A stretch of 64,000 nt of DNA from a virus, in the IMG/VR virus record IMGVR_UViG_3300030104_005963. One strand, 5' to 3'. The position numbers were made by a program, and so were the translations under genes. Below, one piece after another: positions 10,695-20,944 of the stretch (the stretch's first letter is position 1; the number at the start of each line of letters is the position of its first letter). A model generated the notes under the pieces. The model saw only the letters and a program-made list of their open reading frames with translations, did no database searches and was not told the DNA's origin.

Positions 10695-12338
10695 ATGAGT
10701 GAAGTATATCTTGGTAATCCTAATTTAAAAAAAGCAAATACACCGATCCAATTCACTGAAGAACAAATAATTGAGTTTCTCAAGTGCAAAGAAGATCCGG
10801 TGTATTTTGCTAATAAGTATATAAAAATTGTTTCTCTTGATGAGGGTCTAACGCAATTTCATCCATATGACTTTCAAGAAAAGTTAATTAATAATTTTCA
10901 TAATAACAGATTTAATATCTGTAAGATGCCAAGACAGACTGGTAAATCTACTACGGTAGTATCTTACCTTTTACATTATGCAGTATTTAATGATAGTGTA
11001 AATATTGGTATCCTGGCAAACAAAGCAGCTACTGCAAGAGAATTGTTGCAAAGATTGCAAACTGCTTATGAGAACTTGCCTAAATGGATGCAACAGGGTA
11101 TATTATCCTGGAACAAAGGATCTATGGAGTTAGAAAATGGCAGTAAGATATTGGCAGCTTCTACGTCTGCAAGTGCTGTCCGAGGCATGTCGTTTAACAT
11201 TCTCTTCCTCGACGAATTTGCCTTCGTTCCAAACCATGTTGCAGACTCGTTCTTTGCCTCTGTTTATCCTACTATTACTTCTGGTAAAAACACCAAGGTA
11301 ATTATCGTATCTACTCCACACGGTATGAATCATTTCTACCGTATGTGGCATGATGCCGAAAGAAGTAAAAATGAGTATATTCCCACCGATGTTCATTGGT
11401 CAGAAGTTCCTGGTAGAGATGAAAAATGGAAGGCAACAACTATTGCCAATACTTCAGAACAACAGTTCAAGGTTGAGTTTGAATGTGAGTTCTTAGGTTC
11501 GGTTAATACTCTTATTAATCCAGCGAAATTAAAAAACCTTGTATACGAGAATCCCATAAAAAGAAATGCCGGATTAGATATTTACGAAGATCCTCAGGAG
11601 AATCATGAATATCTTCTGACAATTGACGTGGCAAGAGGAATAGGAAATGATTATTCGGCATTTATTGTTTTTGACATAACACAGTTTCCGTATAAGATAG
11701 TAGCAAAATATAGAAATAATGAAATTAAACCTATGCTATTCCCAAATATTATTAATGATGTTGGGAAGGGATATAATAATGCATGGATATTAGTAGAAGT
11801 AAATGATATTGGAGATCAAGTGGCTTCTATCATGCACTATGATTTAGAATACGATAATATTCTTATGGCAGCAATGAGGGGTCGTGCTGGACAAGTCGTG
11901 GGAACAGGATTTAGTGGTAAAAAATCACAACTTGGTGTCAGAATGACTGCAGCAGTTAAAAAGTTAGGATGCTCCAACTTAAAAACTATGATGGAGGATG
12001 ATAAGTTACTGACTACAGATTATGAAATTATATCAGAACTTACCACATTTGCACAGAAAGGAAATTCTTTTGAGGCAGAAGAAGGATGTAACGATGATTT
12101 GGCAATGTGTCTTGTAATATTTTCATGGTTAGTAGCACAAGATTATTTTAAAGAAATGACAGAGAATGATGTTCGTAAAAGAATATATGAAGAACAAAGA
12201 AATCAAATAGAACAGGATATGGCACCTTTTGGATTTATAGAAACTGGATTTGAAACTAGTAACTTTGTAGATGCCGATGGAGATAGATGGTATGCAGACG
12301 AATATGGTGATAGATCTTATATGTGGGATTATATGTAA
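10695..12338 (+). CDS. gp17: Terminase large subunit gp17
   Basis: Walker A RQTGKST, Walker B LFLDEFAF, nuclease DVARG and DDLAM motifs. Confidence 0.97.
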   Translation: MSEVYLGNPNLKKANTPIQFTEEQIIEFLKCKEDPVYFANKYIKIVSLDEGLTQFHPYDFQEKLINNFHNNRFNICKMPRQTGKSTTVVSYLLHYAVFNDSVNIGILANKAATARELLQRLQTAYENLPKWMQQGILSWNKGSMELENGSKILAASTSASAVRGMSFNILFLDEFAFVPNHVADSFFASVYPTITSGKNTKVIIVSTPHGMNHFYRMWHDAERSKNEYIPTDVHWSEVPGRDEKWKATTIANTSEQQFKVEFECEFLGSVNTLINPAKLKNLVYENPIKRNAGLDIYEDPQENHEYLLTIDVARGIGNDYSAFIVFDITQFPYKIVAKYRNNEIKPMLFPNIINDVGKGYNNAWILVEVNDIGDQVASIMHYDLEYDNILMAAMRGRAGQVVGTGFSGKKSQLGVRMTAAVKKLGCSNLKTMMEDDKLLTTDYEIISELTTFAQKGNSFEAEEGCNDDLAMCLVIFSWLVAQDYFKEMTENDVRKRIYEEQRNQIEQDMAPFGFIETGFETSNFVDADGDRWYADEYGDRSYMWDYM

Positions 12339-12559
12339 TGGATTTTGATAGTCAGATAAATTTAGAACATCTGCTTTTTTATGATAGAGAATGTAGAACT
12401 TGCCATAAGACAAAAAATTTATTGGAAGACTTTTATCTTATAAGAAAAAATAGAGGAGCACTACCATCTTCATATTCCTATGAGTGTAAAGAGTGTACTA
12501 TCGATAGAGTAAAAGGTAATAAAAAATGTAGTAATGTTTGGGAATATCCTGATTGGTAG
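12338..12559 (+). CDS. Small zinc-finger protein
   Basis: ATG overlaps the gp17 stop (TAATG); CRTC...CKEC pairs. Confidence 0.65.
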   Translation: MDFDSQINLEHLLFYDRECRTCHKTKNLLEDFYLIRKNRGALPSSYSYECKECTIDRVKGNKKCSNVWEYPDW

Positions 12560-12637
12560 TTCATGCATCGTTTCCCCACTGAAAATACCCCTTTTCCTAA
12601 ATATTTTTAGGTAATTTGGATTGCGAGGAAAAGCAAG

Positions 12638-14860
12638 ATGCCATTAAATTTAGCATCTCCTGGAATTCTGATAAGAGAAGTTGACCTCACTCAGGGTAGA
12701 GTTGATGCAACTTCTGACAAGATCGGCGGTATTGTCGGTCCTTTTGTACAAGGTCCAGTAGGTACAGTAACTAGAATTAACACAGAGAATGATTTAGTTG
12801 ATAAATTTGGAAGACCATATAGTGAAGATAAACACTACGAGACTTGGATGACAGCATCATCCTATTTGGCTTATGGTGGCATCATGAATGTTGTCAGAGC
12901 AGATGATTCTGGTCTTAAAAATGCTCATGATGTAGGTGCCGGAACTACGATAAAAATAAAAAGTCGTGATCATTATGTAGAATTAAATTATCCAGTGACA
13001 CCACTTCTTGGTGCTACAGTAATTGCCAAAAATCCAGGTTCTTGGGCAAATGATATTCGAGTTGCAATTATTGATGCTCAGGCAGATCAAAGATTAACTT
13101 TTGATCAAACACCTGAAGGTGGAACACAAGTTGCTGTTGGCATGGGTGTTACTCAGGCAGTTCCAGAGGGAACAGTAGTTTCTAGAACTGGTGTTGGTGC
13201 AGGAAAAACTGAACTTCTTGACGGACATTTTAAAGGAATCATAACAAAAGTAAATTCAGGAAATGTAGATGTAAAAGTTGTTTCTCATGTATCTGTTGCC
13301 GGAACTTCCACTGCTGTTGAATATAATAATATCTATAGATTTTCTACAACAAGTAATGTTGCGATTCATACCGCAGGACAATCAGTTTCTTATGCATCAA
13401 CTACAGTATCTGGTGCTGTTGATTGGTTTGGAGAGCAAACAATAGCAGTGAGTTCACAAACTGTTGGTGGAACTGAAACTACATCCACAGTTAAATGGAA
13501 TACATTGGCAAATGCTCCAGGAACTTCTGCATATGCCGAGGCAAGAGGAGCAAAAAATGATGAAATTCATGTTGTTGTAATTGATGGTAAAGGAACAATT
13601 ACTGGAAATGCCGGAACAATTCTTGAGAAACATCTCAGTCTTTCTAAGGCATCTGATGCAGAATTTTCAGTAGGTTCTCCATCTTATTGGAATAGATATT
13701 TGGAAGTTAATTCCGAATATATTTTTGCCGGAAGTGGAACAAATCAAACTCTGGTAAAAACTGGTTTTGATGGCACAGGATTCACTACATTTACGGATGG
13801 TGGTTGGAATCAACTGGCAGAAGATGCTGATGGTCCAAATATTTTTGATGCTTGTGGACCATTAGATCTTACTTTAAGTCAAGGTACTAATTATGGAGGT
13901 AAATCTACAATAGAATCAGGAGCACTTAATTCTGGTCTTGATGATTTAATCAGTGGTTATTCATTATTTGAAAATGAATCAGAAGTAGATGTTGATTTTC
14001 TTTTGATGGGATCTGGAAAATATGATAAACCCGATACTAGAGCACTTGCAACTAAACTAATTCAAGTTGCAGAAGCAAGAAAGGATGCAGTCGCATTTAT
14101 TTCACCACATAGAGGTGCAATTTTAACTGACACATCAGATGATACTGCAGTAACTATTAACTCTGTAGAAGATGCAACTACAAATATAATTGATTTCTTT
14201 AATCCTATCACATCTTCATCTTATGGAATATTTGATAGTGGTTATAAGTACATGTATGATAGATTTAATGATGTATTCAGATATGTTCCTTTAAATGGGG
14301 ACATTGCCGGAACTTGTGCTAGAAATGATATTAATAACTTCCCATGGTTCTCACCTGCCGGAACTGCTAGAGGAACTATTCTCAATGCTGTAAAACTGGC
14401 ATATAATCCAGGAAAAGTTCAAAGAGATAGACTTTATTCTTCCAGAGTTAATCCAGTCATCTTCTCACCAGGATCGGGAATTATCCTATTTGGTGATAAA
14501 ACTGGATTTGCCAAGGCATCGGCATTTGATCGCATCAATGTTCGTCGTCTCTTTATTTTCCTTGAAGATGCTATTGCTGCTGCAGCAAGAGATCAACTCT
14601 TTGAATTTAATGATGAAATTACAAGAGCAAACTTTGTAAATATTGTTGAACCTTTCCTTCGTGATGTTCAAGCAAAGAGAGGTATTCAAGATTTCATTGT
14701 TATTTGTGATGAAACAAATAACACTGCTGCAATTATTGACAGTAATGAATTTGTTGCTGATATATACATCAAGCCAGCAAGATCGATTAACTTCATCGGT
14801 CTGAACTTTATCGCCACCAGAACTGGTGTGGCATTTGAAGAAGTCATCGGTTCCGTTTAA
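12638..14860 (+). CDS. gp18: Tail sheath protein gp18
   Basis: SPGILIREVD, WFSPAGTARG, FDRINVRRLF, FEFNDEITR. Confidence 0.97.
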   Translation: MPLNLASPGILIREVDLTQGRVDATSDKIGGIVGPFVQGPVGTVTRINTENDLVDKFGRPYSEDKHYETWMTASSYLAYGGIMNVVRADDSGLKNAHDVGAGTTIKIKSRDHYVELNYPVTPLLGATVIAKNPGSWANDIRVAIIDAQADQRLTFDQTPEGGTQVAVGMGVTQAVPEGTVVSRTGVGAGKTELLDGHFKGIITKVNSGNVDVKVVSHVSVAGTSTAVEYNNIYRFSTTSNVAIHTAGQSVSYASTTVSGAVDWFGEQTIAVSSQTVGGTETTSTVKWNTLANAPGTSAYAEARGAKNDEIHVVVIDGKGTITGNAGTILEKHLSLSKASDAEFSVGSPSYWNRYLEVNSEYIFAGSGTNQTLVKTGFDGTGFTTFTDGGWNQLAEDADGPNIFDACGPLDLTLSQGTNYGGKSTIESGALNSGLDDLISGYSLFENESEVDVDFLLMGSGKYDKPDTRALATKLIQVAEARKDAVAFISPHRGAILTDTSDDTAVTINSVEDATTNIIDFFNPITSSSYGIFDSGYKYMYDRFNDVFRYVPLNGDIAGTCARNDINNFPWFSPAGTARGTILNAVKLAYNPGKVQRDRLYSSRVNPVIFSPGSGIILFGDKTGFAKASAFDRINVRRLFIFLEDAIAAAARDQLFEFNDEITRANFVNIVEPFLRDVQAKRGIQDFIVICDETNNTAAIIDSNEFVADIYIKPARSINFIGLNFIATRTGVAFEEVIGSV

Positions 14861-14877
14861 TTTAGAGGTTTAAAACA

Positions 14878-15477
14878 ATGGCAGAACGTTTACAACGAGA
14901 GACAATTCCTTTAAGGAAAATTAGTGATTTTAAATCTAAATTAACTGGTGGTGGTGCTAGACCCAATTTATTTGAAGTTGTCTTAGCATTTCCTACATTA
15001 GTTTCACCAGTTAATGAAAATGAAGTTTTACAAAAATCAAGATTTTTGGTTAAGGCAGCAGCACTGCCCTCATCAACAATCGCACCTGTAGAAATTCCAT
15101 TCAGAGGTCGTATTTTAAAGGTTGCTGGAGACAGAACCTTTGAAACTTGGACAATCACAGTCATCAATGATACTGATTTTATGATCAGATCAGCGATGGA
15201 AAAATGGATGAATACTATCAACAAGTTAGAAGATGCTACAGGAATTACAAATCCTGTTGATTATCAATCTGATGCATTAGTTCACCAACTTGATCGTGAT
15301 GGATCTACTCTTAGATCTTACAAGTTCAAGTCAATCTTCCCAACAAATATTTCAACAATTGATCTTAGTTACGAAACTACTGATACTATTGAAGAATTTA
15401 CTGTAGAAATGCAGGTTCATTATTGGGAAGCATTTAAGGGATCATCTGCTGCGGCTAATGGAGAAGATATTTCTTAA
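14878..15477 (+). CDS. gp19: Tail tube protein gp19
   Basis: GGARPNLFEV, FRGRILKVAGDRTFETWTITV. Confidence 0.96.
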   Translation: MAERLQRETIPLRKISDFKSKLTGGGARPNLFEVVLAFPTLVSPVNENEVLQKSRFLVKAAALPSSTIAPVEIPFRGRILKVAGDRTFETWTITVINDTDFMIRSAMEKWMNTINKLEDATGITNPVDYQSDALVHQLDRDGSTLRSYKFKSIFPTNISTIDLSYETTDTIEEFTVEMQVHYWEAFKGSSAAANGEDIS

Positions 15478-15517
15478 GGATAAATAGTAAGACAATAGAC
15501 TAAAATAAAATTATAAT

Positions 15518-17176
15518 ATGGCTCCCCGACTATTTGGTTTTTCGGTAAGTGACACCGAGAAAAAATCACCATCAGTTGTTTCCCCCGTTCCTCAAAATAA
15601 TGAGGACGGGGTTGATAACTATATTTCTAGTGGTTTTTACGGACAATACTTAGATATTGAGGGTGTATACCGAACTGAGTTTGATTTAATTAAAAGATAT
15701 CGTGAGATGTCACTTCATCCAGAAGCTGATGGAGCCATTGAAGATGTTGTAAATGAAGCAATTGTGAGTGATCTTTATGATTCTCCAATTGAAATTGAAC
15801 TTTCTAATCTTAATGCTAGTGATAAATTAAAAAATATTATCAGGGAAGAATTTAAAAATATTAAAAAAATTATGGACTTTGATAAAAAGTCTCATGAAAT
15901 TTTCAGAAATTGGTATATTGATGGAAGACTTTATTACTTAAAAGTAATTGATCAGAAAAAACCCGAAGAAGGTATACAAGATTTAAGATATATTGATCCA
16001 TTAAAAATTCGTCATATTAGACAAGAAAAGAAAAAAAATAAAGCAACTTTAGGTCCTGATCTTACACCAAGAGATAAGGATAAATTTCAATCTCCAGAAT
16101 TAGAAGAATACTTTGTTTATACTCCAAAACCAAACTATCCTACCGGAACTATGGTAGGTGGTGGAGGAGCAAAAGGAATTAAAATTGCCAAAGATTCTAT
16201 TACCTATTGCACCTCAGGTTTGGTTGATAGAAATAAAGGTAATGTTCTTTCGTATCTTCACAAGGCAATTAAATCTCTTAATCAACTTAGAATGATTGAG
16301 GATTCTTTGGTCATCTATCGTTTAAGTAGAGCACCAGAAAGAAGAATTTTTTATATTGATGTTGGTAATCTTCCCAAAGTAAAAGCAGAACAATATCTCA
16401 AAGAGGTAATGAGTCGTTATAGAAATAAGCAAGTCTATAATGCTCAAACTGGAGAGATTCGTGATGATAGAAAATACATGAGTATGCTGGAAGATTTCTG
16501 GCTTCCTAGAAGAGAAGGTGGTAGAGGAACTGAAATTTCTACTCTTCCTGGTGGACAAAATCTTGGTGAATTATCAGATATTGAATATTTCCAAAAGAAA
16601 CTTTATCGTTCACTTGGAGTTCCAGAATCTAGAATTGCCTCAGATGGTGGATTTAATCTTGGTCGTTCTTCTGAAATTTTAAGAGACGAACTTAAATTTG
16701 CTAAGTTTGTTGGTAGATTGAGAAAAAGATTTGCTAACATGTTTAGTGACATGTTAAGAACTCAGTTAATTCTTAAAAATATTGTTACTCCCGAAGATTG
16801 GGAGACTATGAATGAGCATATTCAATATGATTTCTTATATGATAATCAATTTGCAGAATTAAAAGAATCTGAATTGATGAATGAAAGATTAGGTCTTCTT
16901 GCAACTATTGAACCATATATTGGAAAGTATTATTCTAATGATTATGTTCGTAGAAGAATTCTAAGACAGACTGATACGGAAATTTTAGAAATTGATGAAC
17001 AAATTGAACAAGAAATTAAAGATGGAATTATTCCAGATCCAAATGCCATAGATCCAATTACCGGAGAACCTTTACCAGGAGGAGATAATGGAATGATGGG
17101 TGATGTTCCTATGGAACCAGATTTAGAGGTTCAAGGTGGGATAACTCAAATAGATGGCAAGAGTGCTGAAATATAA
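15518..17176 (+). CDS. gp20: Portal protein gp20
   Basis: APERRIFYIDVGNLPK, EDFWLPRREGGRGTEI. Confidence 0.97.
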   Translation: MAPRLFGFSVSDTEKKSPSVVSPVPQNNEDGVDNYISSGFYGQYLDIEGVYRTEFDLIKRYREMSLHPEADGAIEDVVNEAIVSDLYDSPIEIELSNLNASDKLKNIIREEFKNIKKIMDFDKKSHEIFRNWYIDGRLYYLKVIDQKKPEEGIQDLRYIDPLKIRHIRQEKKKNKATLGPDLTPRDKDKFQSPELEEYFVYTPKPNYPTGTMVGGGGAKGIKIAKDSITYCTSGLVDRNKGNVLSYLHKAIKSLNQLRMIEDSLVIYRLSRAPERRIFYIDVGNLPKVKAEQYLKEVMSRYRNKQVYNAQTGEIRDDRKYMSMLEDFWLPRREGGRGTEISTLPGGQNLGELSDIEYFQKKLYRSLGVPESRIASDGGFNLGRSSEILRDELKFAKFVGRLRKRFANMFSDMLRTQLILKNIVTPEDWETMNEHIQYDFLYDNQFAELKESELMNERLGLLATIEPYIGKYYSNDYVRRRILRQTDTEILEIDEQIEQEIKDGIIPDPNAIDPITGEPLPGGDNGMMGDVPMEPDLEVQGGITQIDGKSAEI

Positions 17177-17179
17177 ATA
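17172..17179 (+). promoter_or_regulatory. T4-type late promoter TATAAATA
   Basis: Exact consensus upstream of the prohead core genes. Confidence 0.75.
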
Positions 17180-17203
17180 ACTTATATTATCATAATAATT
17201 TAA

Positions 17204-17371
17204 ATGGACGACGTACTAGATTTGATTGCTTCAGGTGCTTCTGCATCTGAAATTAGTGATAAAATTAAAAATGCTTTATATGATAAGGCATCTTCAAAAA
17301 TTGATGGTATTCGTGCTGATGTCGGTGCCTCCATGTTTGATAACTCAGAAGAATCACAAGAGGAAGAATAA
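17204..17371 (+). CDS. Small acidic protein, gp67-like prohead core candidate (absent from ORF track)
   Basis: 55-aa ORF MDDVLDLIASG...SQEEE read from the DNA; follows a late promoter; stop overlaps the next ATG. Confidence 0.7.
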   Translation: MDDVLDLIASGASASEISDKIKNALYDKASSKIDGIRADVGASMFDNSEESQEEE

Positions 17372-17640
17372 TGGCAAGAACTTTATGTAAAGGTGCTGAG
17401 GCAGCTTGCCCAACAACAACTGGAGCTGCTACTAGTTTTTCAGAAGCGACAGTTGTTCGTTTAGTTAATGGTCATAGTAGCGCACACCTTGTTACGGTTG
17501 TCGAAACTCAAAGTGGAACTGTAGTTGGATCTTTTACAATGCCAGCAGGAACTGTAGAATATCTTGAAAAAAATCCAACTCAGTGTGTGTTTGCTGCAAA
17601 TGCCGGAGTATTGGGATCAAAAGTAGGATTTACCGCATAA
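17371..17640 (+). CDS. Hypothetical protein in head module
   Basis: 89-aa ORF between portal and protease. Confidence 0.75.
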   Translation: MARTLCKGAEAACPTTTGAATSFSEATVVRLVNGHSSAHLVTVVETQSGTVVGSFTMPAGTVEYLEKNPTQCVFAANAGVLGSKVGFTA

Positions 17641-17644
17641 AAAA

Positions 17645-18295
17645 ATGAAACTTATCACAGAAGAAATTTCAAATGTAAAAATTATTACCGAGGGCAAAGG
17701 TTCTGGTAAAAAATTATATATTGAAGGAGTATTTCTCCAAGGAAACATTAAAAACCGCAATGGTAGAATGTATCCTATGGAAACTCTTGCCCGTGAGGTA
17801 AAAAGATATAATGAAACTTTTGTGAATAAGGGTCGTGCTCTTGGAGAACTTGGTCATCCTGACGGACCAACTGTAAATCTTGATAGAGTTTCTCATAAAA
17901 TTACTTCTCTCTCAGAAGACGGAAATAATTTTAAAGGAAAAGCACAAATTCTTAATACCCCAATGGGTAAGATTGCATCTTCTCTTCTTGATGAAGGTGT
18001 AATGCTCGGAGTTTCTTCTCGTGGTGTTGGTTCACTTAAAACAACTAGTGAAGGTCATAAAGTTGTTGGCGAAGATTTTATGTTAGCAACAGCTGCTGAT
18101 ATTGTGGCAGACCCTTCTGCTCCCGATGCTTTTGTTTCCGGAATTATGGAAGGAAAAGAGTGGGTTTGGGAAGGAGGAATTCTTCGTGAACAACTTGCAG
18201 AAACCACTGCAAAGAGAATTAATACATTAGTTGATCAAAGAAGACTTGAAGAGCATAAGTTGAATTTATTCAACGATTTTTTATCAAATCTTTAA
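17645..18295 (+). CDS. gp21: Prohead protease gp21
   Basis: NRNGRMYP, ALGELGHP, GVSSRGVGS, DIVADPSAPDA. Confidence 0.96.
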   Translation: MKLITEEISNVKIITEGKGSGKKLYIEGVFLQGNIKNRNGRMYPMETLAREVKRYNETFVNKGRALGELGHPDGPTVNLDRVSHKITSLSEDGNNFKGKAQILNTPMGKIASSLLDEGVMLGVSSRGVGSLKTTSEGHKVVGEDFMLATAADIVADPSAPDAFVSGIMEGKEWVWEGGILREQLAETTAKRINTLVDQRRLEEHKLNLFNDFLSNL

Positions 18296-18297
18296 AT

Positions 18298-18305
18298 TAT
18301 AAATA
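18298..18305 (+). promoter_or_regulatory. Late promoter TATAAATA
   Basis: Exact consensus upstream of gp22. Confidence 0.75.
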
Positions 18306-18336
18306 AATATAGATTAATACAAACATATCTAGTCAA

Positions 18337-19443
18337 ATGTCCGTTGGTAACGATTTACAAGAAATGGAAAACGTAGTAACTAAAGGTGCTGCCAAAGCTG
18401 ATCCGATGCCAAAGATGTCCGGTTCTACTCCCGGACAACCTGCAGTTGAAGATCTTGGTGGACCTACCCCAGAAAATTACAAAGTCGATGACGATTCCGC
18501 TAAACTAAAAGAACCAAAAGTTGCAACTGTTAAAGACATTGTTAACAAAGGTGCTGGTAAAGCAGATCCTATGCCTTCAGGAATGAAGGAAGAGGAAGAA
18601 GTCGAAGGTGATGTAGTAGCCGAGGAAGAAGAAACTTCAACCGAAGAAGTAGTTGCTGAAGAAGAAACTACTGAGGAAGAAGTTGTAGAAGAAGAAATCA
18701 TCGAAGATGATACTCCTTCTATCGAAGAGGATATCGAAGCACTTATTGCTGGTGAAGAACTCTCCGAAGAATTCCAAGAAAAAGCACGTACAATTTTTGA
18801 AGCAGCCATCAAAACTAAGGTTGCTGAAATGAAAGAAGAGGTACAAAAAGAGTACGAAGTATCTCTGACTGAAGAAGTTGCCAACCTCAAGTCTGAATTA
18901 ACCGAAAGAGTTGATTCTTATCTTGAGTATGTTGCTCAAGAATGGTTGACCGAAAATCAACTCTCGGTTGAGCAAGGACTTAAAACTGAAATGACCGAAT
19001 CATTCCTTACTGGAATGAAGAGTCTTTTTGAAGAACATTATGTATCAATCCCTGAAGAGAAATATGATGTACTCAATAGTATGGTAGAAAAACTTGATGA
19101 GATGGAAGATAAACTCAACGAGCAAATCAATAAAAATATTGCTTTAAACAAAAGATTGGCTGAGTCGGTTGCAGATGTAATTCTTGCAGATGTATCCGAA
19201 GGACTTGCAGTATCTCAAAAGGATAAGCTTGCTTCTCTTGCCGAAAATGTTGAGTTTGATGGTGATCAATCCTATCGTGAAAAACTGGTAACTCTTAGAG
19301 AAGCATATTTCTCCTCTAATACCGGTGTTCAAGAGAACAAATCGGAAACAATTTCTGAAGAGACCGAAACAGGTCATCAGGTAGAGACTTCTACTATGAT
19401 GGAATCGTATCTCCAGACATTGAATAGAGTTTCCAAGAAGTGA
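18337..19443 (+). CDS. gp22: Prohead core scaffold gp22
   Basis: Acidic coiled coil, LSEEFQEKARTIFEAA, position before gp23. Confidence 0.93.
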   Translation: MSVGNDLQEMENVVTKGAAKADPMPKMSGSTPGQPAVEDLGGPTPENYKVDDDSAKLKEPKVATVKDIVNKGAGKADPMPSGMKEEEEVEGDVVAEEEETSTEEVVAEEETTEEEVVEEEIIEDDTPSIEEDIEALIAGEELSEEFQEKARTIFEAAIKTKVAEMKEEVQKEYEVSLTEEVANLKSELTERVDSYLEYVAQEWLTENQLSVEQGLKTEMTESFLTGMKSLFEEHYVSIPEEKYDVLNSMVEKLDEMEDKLNEQINKNIALNKRLAESVADVILADVSEGLAVSQKDKLASLAENVEFDGDQSYREKLVTLREAYFSSNTGVQENKSETISEETETGHQVETSTMMESYLQTLNRVSKK

Positions 19444-19493
19444 AACTTCATTATAACATAGTCAAACTAACTTTTTTAAATAGGTAAAAACAA

Positions 19494-20867
19494 ATGCTGC
19501 AAATGCCTTCTCAAGAGGCTCTGCAGGAGAAGTGGGCACCTATCCTCAATCATGAGGGTATGGATTCAATCAAAGATAACCATCGTGCGATGGTTACTGC
19601 TCAACTCCTGGAGAACCAAGAACAAATGCTCAAGGAAGAAAGAGAATTTCTTTCTGAGGCCCCAACCAATGCTACTGGTGCAAACATCAGTAATTTCGAT
19701 CCCGTTCTGATCTCTCTGATCAGACGTTCAATGCCTAACCTGGTTGCATATGACCTGGCTGGCGTACAACCAATGAATGGTCCTACCGGACTTATCTTTG
19801 CAATGCGTTCACGTTACACTTCACAGAGTGGAACTGAAGCATTCTTCAACGAGCCAGATTCCGGATTCTCTGCACAGAGAGAAGGTAATGATGCTACTCA
19901 AGGACCTTACAGCACTGGTTCTGACGATGATACCGTTGGTTTCGGTACTGCCGGTGCTCAAATTGGAAGCAATCCTGCTGCTCTGAACCCAGAGTCAGAT
20001 GCAAATCAGGGTACATACACAGTCGGTCAGGGTATGACCACTGCTAATGCTGAAGGTCTTGGTGAATCTGGTAATGCTTTCAACGAGATGGCATTCTCAA
20101 TCGAGAAAGTCACCGTTACTGCCATGAGCAGAGCACTGAAAGCAGAGTATTCACTGGAACTGGCACAAGACCTCAAGGCTATTCATGGTCTGAATGCTGA
20201 GGCTGAACTCGCAAATATTCTCTCTACTGAGATTCTTGCTGAGATCAACCGTGAAGTCATCAGAACCATCTATAAGTCTGCTGAAGTCGGTGCTACTTTG
20301 AATACCGCAACTTCTGGTACTTTCGACCTCGACGTTGACTCTAACGGACGTTGGAGTGTTGAGAAGTTCAAGGGTCTTATTTTCCAAATGGAAAGAGATG
20401 CTAACCAGATTGCACAGAGAACTCGTAGAGGAAAGGGCAACATGATCCTCTGCTCTGCAGACGTTGCTTCCGCACTCACCATGGCTGGTGTACTTGATTA
20501 CACCCCTGCTCTGAATGCAAACCTCAATGTAGATGACACTGGTAACACCTTTGCTGGTGTTCTTGGTGGTAAGTTCCGTGTCTACATCGATCCTTATGCT
20601 GCTAACAATGCTGCTAACCAGTATTACGTAGCTGGTTATAAGGGTTCTTCACCTTATGACGCAGGACTCTTCTACTGTCCTTATGTTCCTCTCCAAATGG
20701 TTCGTGCCGTTGGTGAGAACACCTTCCAGCCAAAAATCGGGTTCAAGACTCGTTATGGCATGGTCGCTAACCCATTTGCCGAAGGCACCAATACAACCAA
20801 CACTGGTCGTATTACTGCCAGCAGCAACCGTTACTACAGACGTGTTAAGGTTGCCAACCTTATGTGA
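19494..20867 (+). CDS. gp23: Major capsid protein gp23
   Basis: GVQPMNGPTGLIFAMRSRY, RALKAEYSLELAQDLKAIHG, FQPKIGFKTRYG. Confidence 0.98.
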   Translation: MLQMPSQEALQEKWAPILNHEGMDSIKDNHRAMVTAQLLENQEQMLKEEREFLSEAPTNATGANISNFDPVLISLIRRSMPNLVAYDLAGVQPMNGPTGLIFAMRSRYTSQSGTEAFFNEPDSGFSAQREGNDATQGPYSTGSDDDTVGFGTAGAQIGSNPAALNPESDANQGTYTVGQGMTTANAEGLGESGNAFNEMAFSIEKVTVTAMSRALKAEYSLELAQDLKAIHGLNAEAELANILSTEILAEINREVIRTIYKSAEVGATLNTATSGTFDLDVDSNGRWSVEKFKGLIFQMERDANQIAQRTRRGKGNMILCSADVASALTMAGVLDYTPALNANLNVDDTGNTFAGVLGGKFRVYIDPYAANNAANQYYVAGYKGSSPYDAGLFYCPYVPLQMVRAVGENTFQPKIGFKTRYGMVANPFAEGTNTTNTGRITASSNRYYRRVKVANLM

Positions 20868-20896
20868 TCTAAATACCTTCAGTGTGAAGGAAGTGC

Positions 20897-20923
20897 AAGA
20901 GGGTCTTCGGACCCTCTTTTTTT
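20897..20923 (+). terminator. Intrinsic terminator after gp23
   Basis: AAGAGGGTC-TTCG-GACCCTCTT followed by a T run. Confidence 0.9.
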
Positions 20924-20944
20924 ATCTAAATACAAATAAAAACA

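Noticed and set aside
18477-18890. Ser-rich minus-strand ORF
   Set aside because: Mirror of the Glu-rich gp22 segment.
18337-20867. Higher GC and different codon usage in gp22/gp23
   Set aside because: Expected for highly expressed capsid genes; not evidence of recent transfer.
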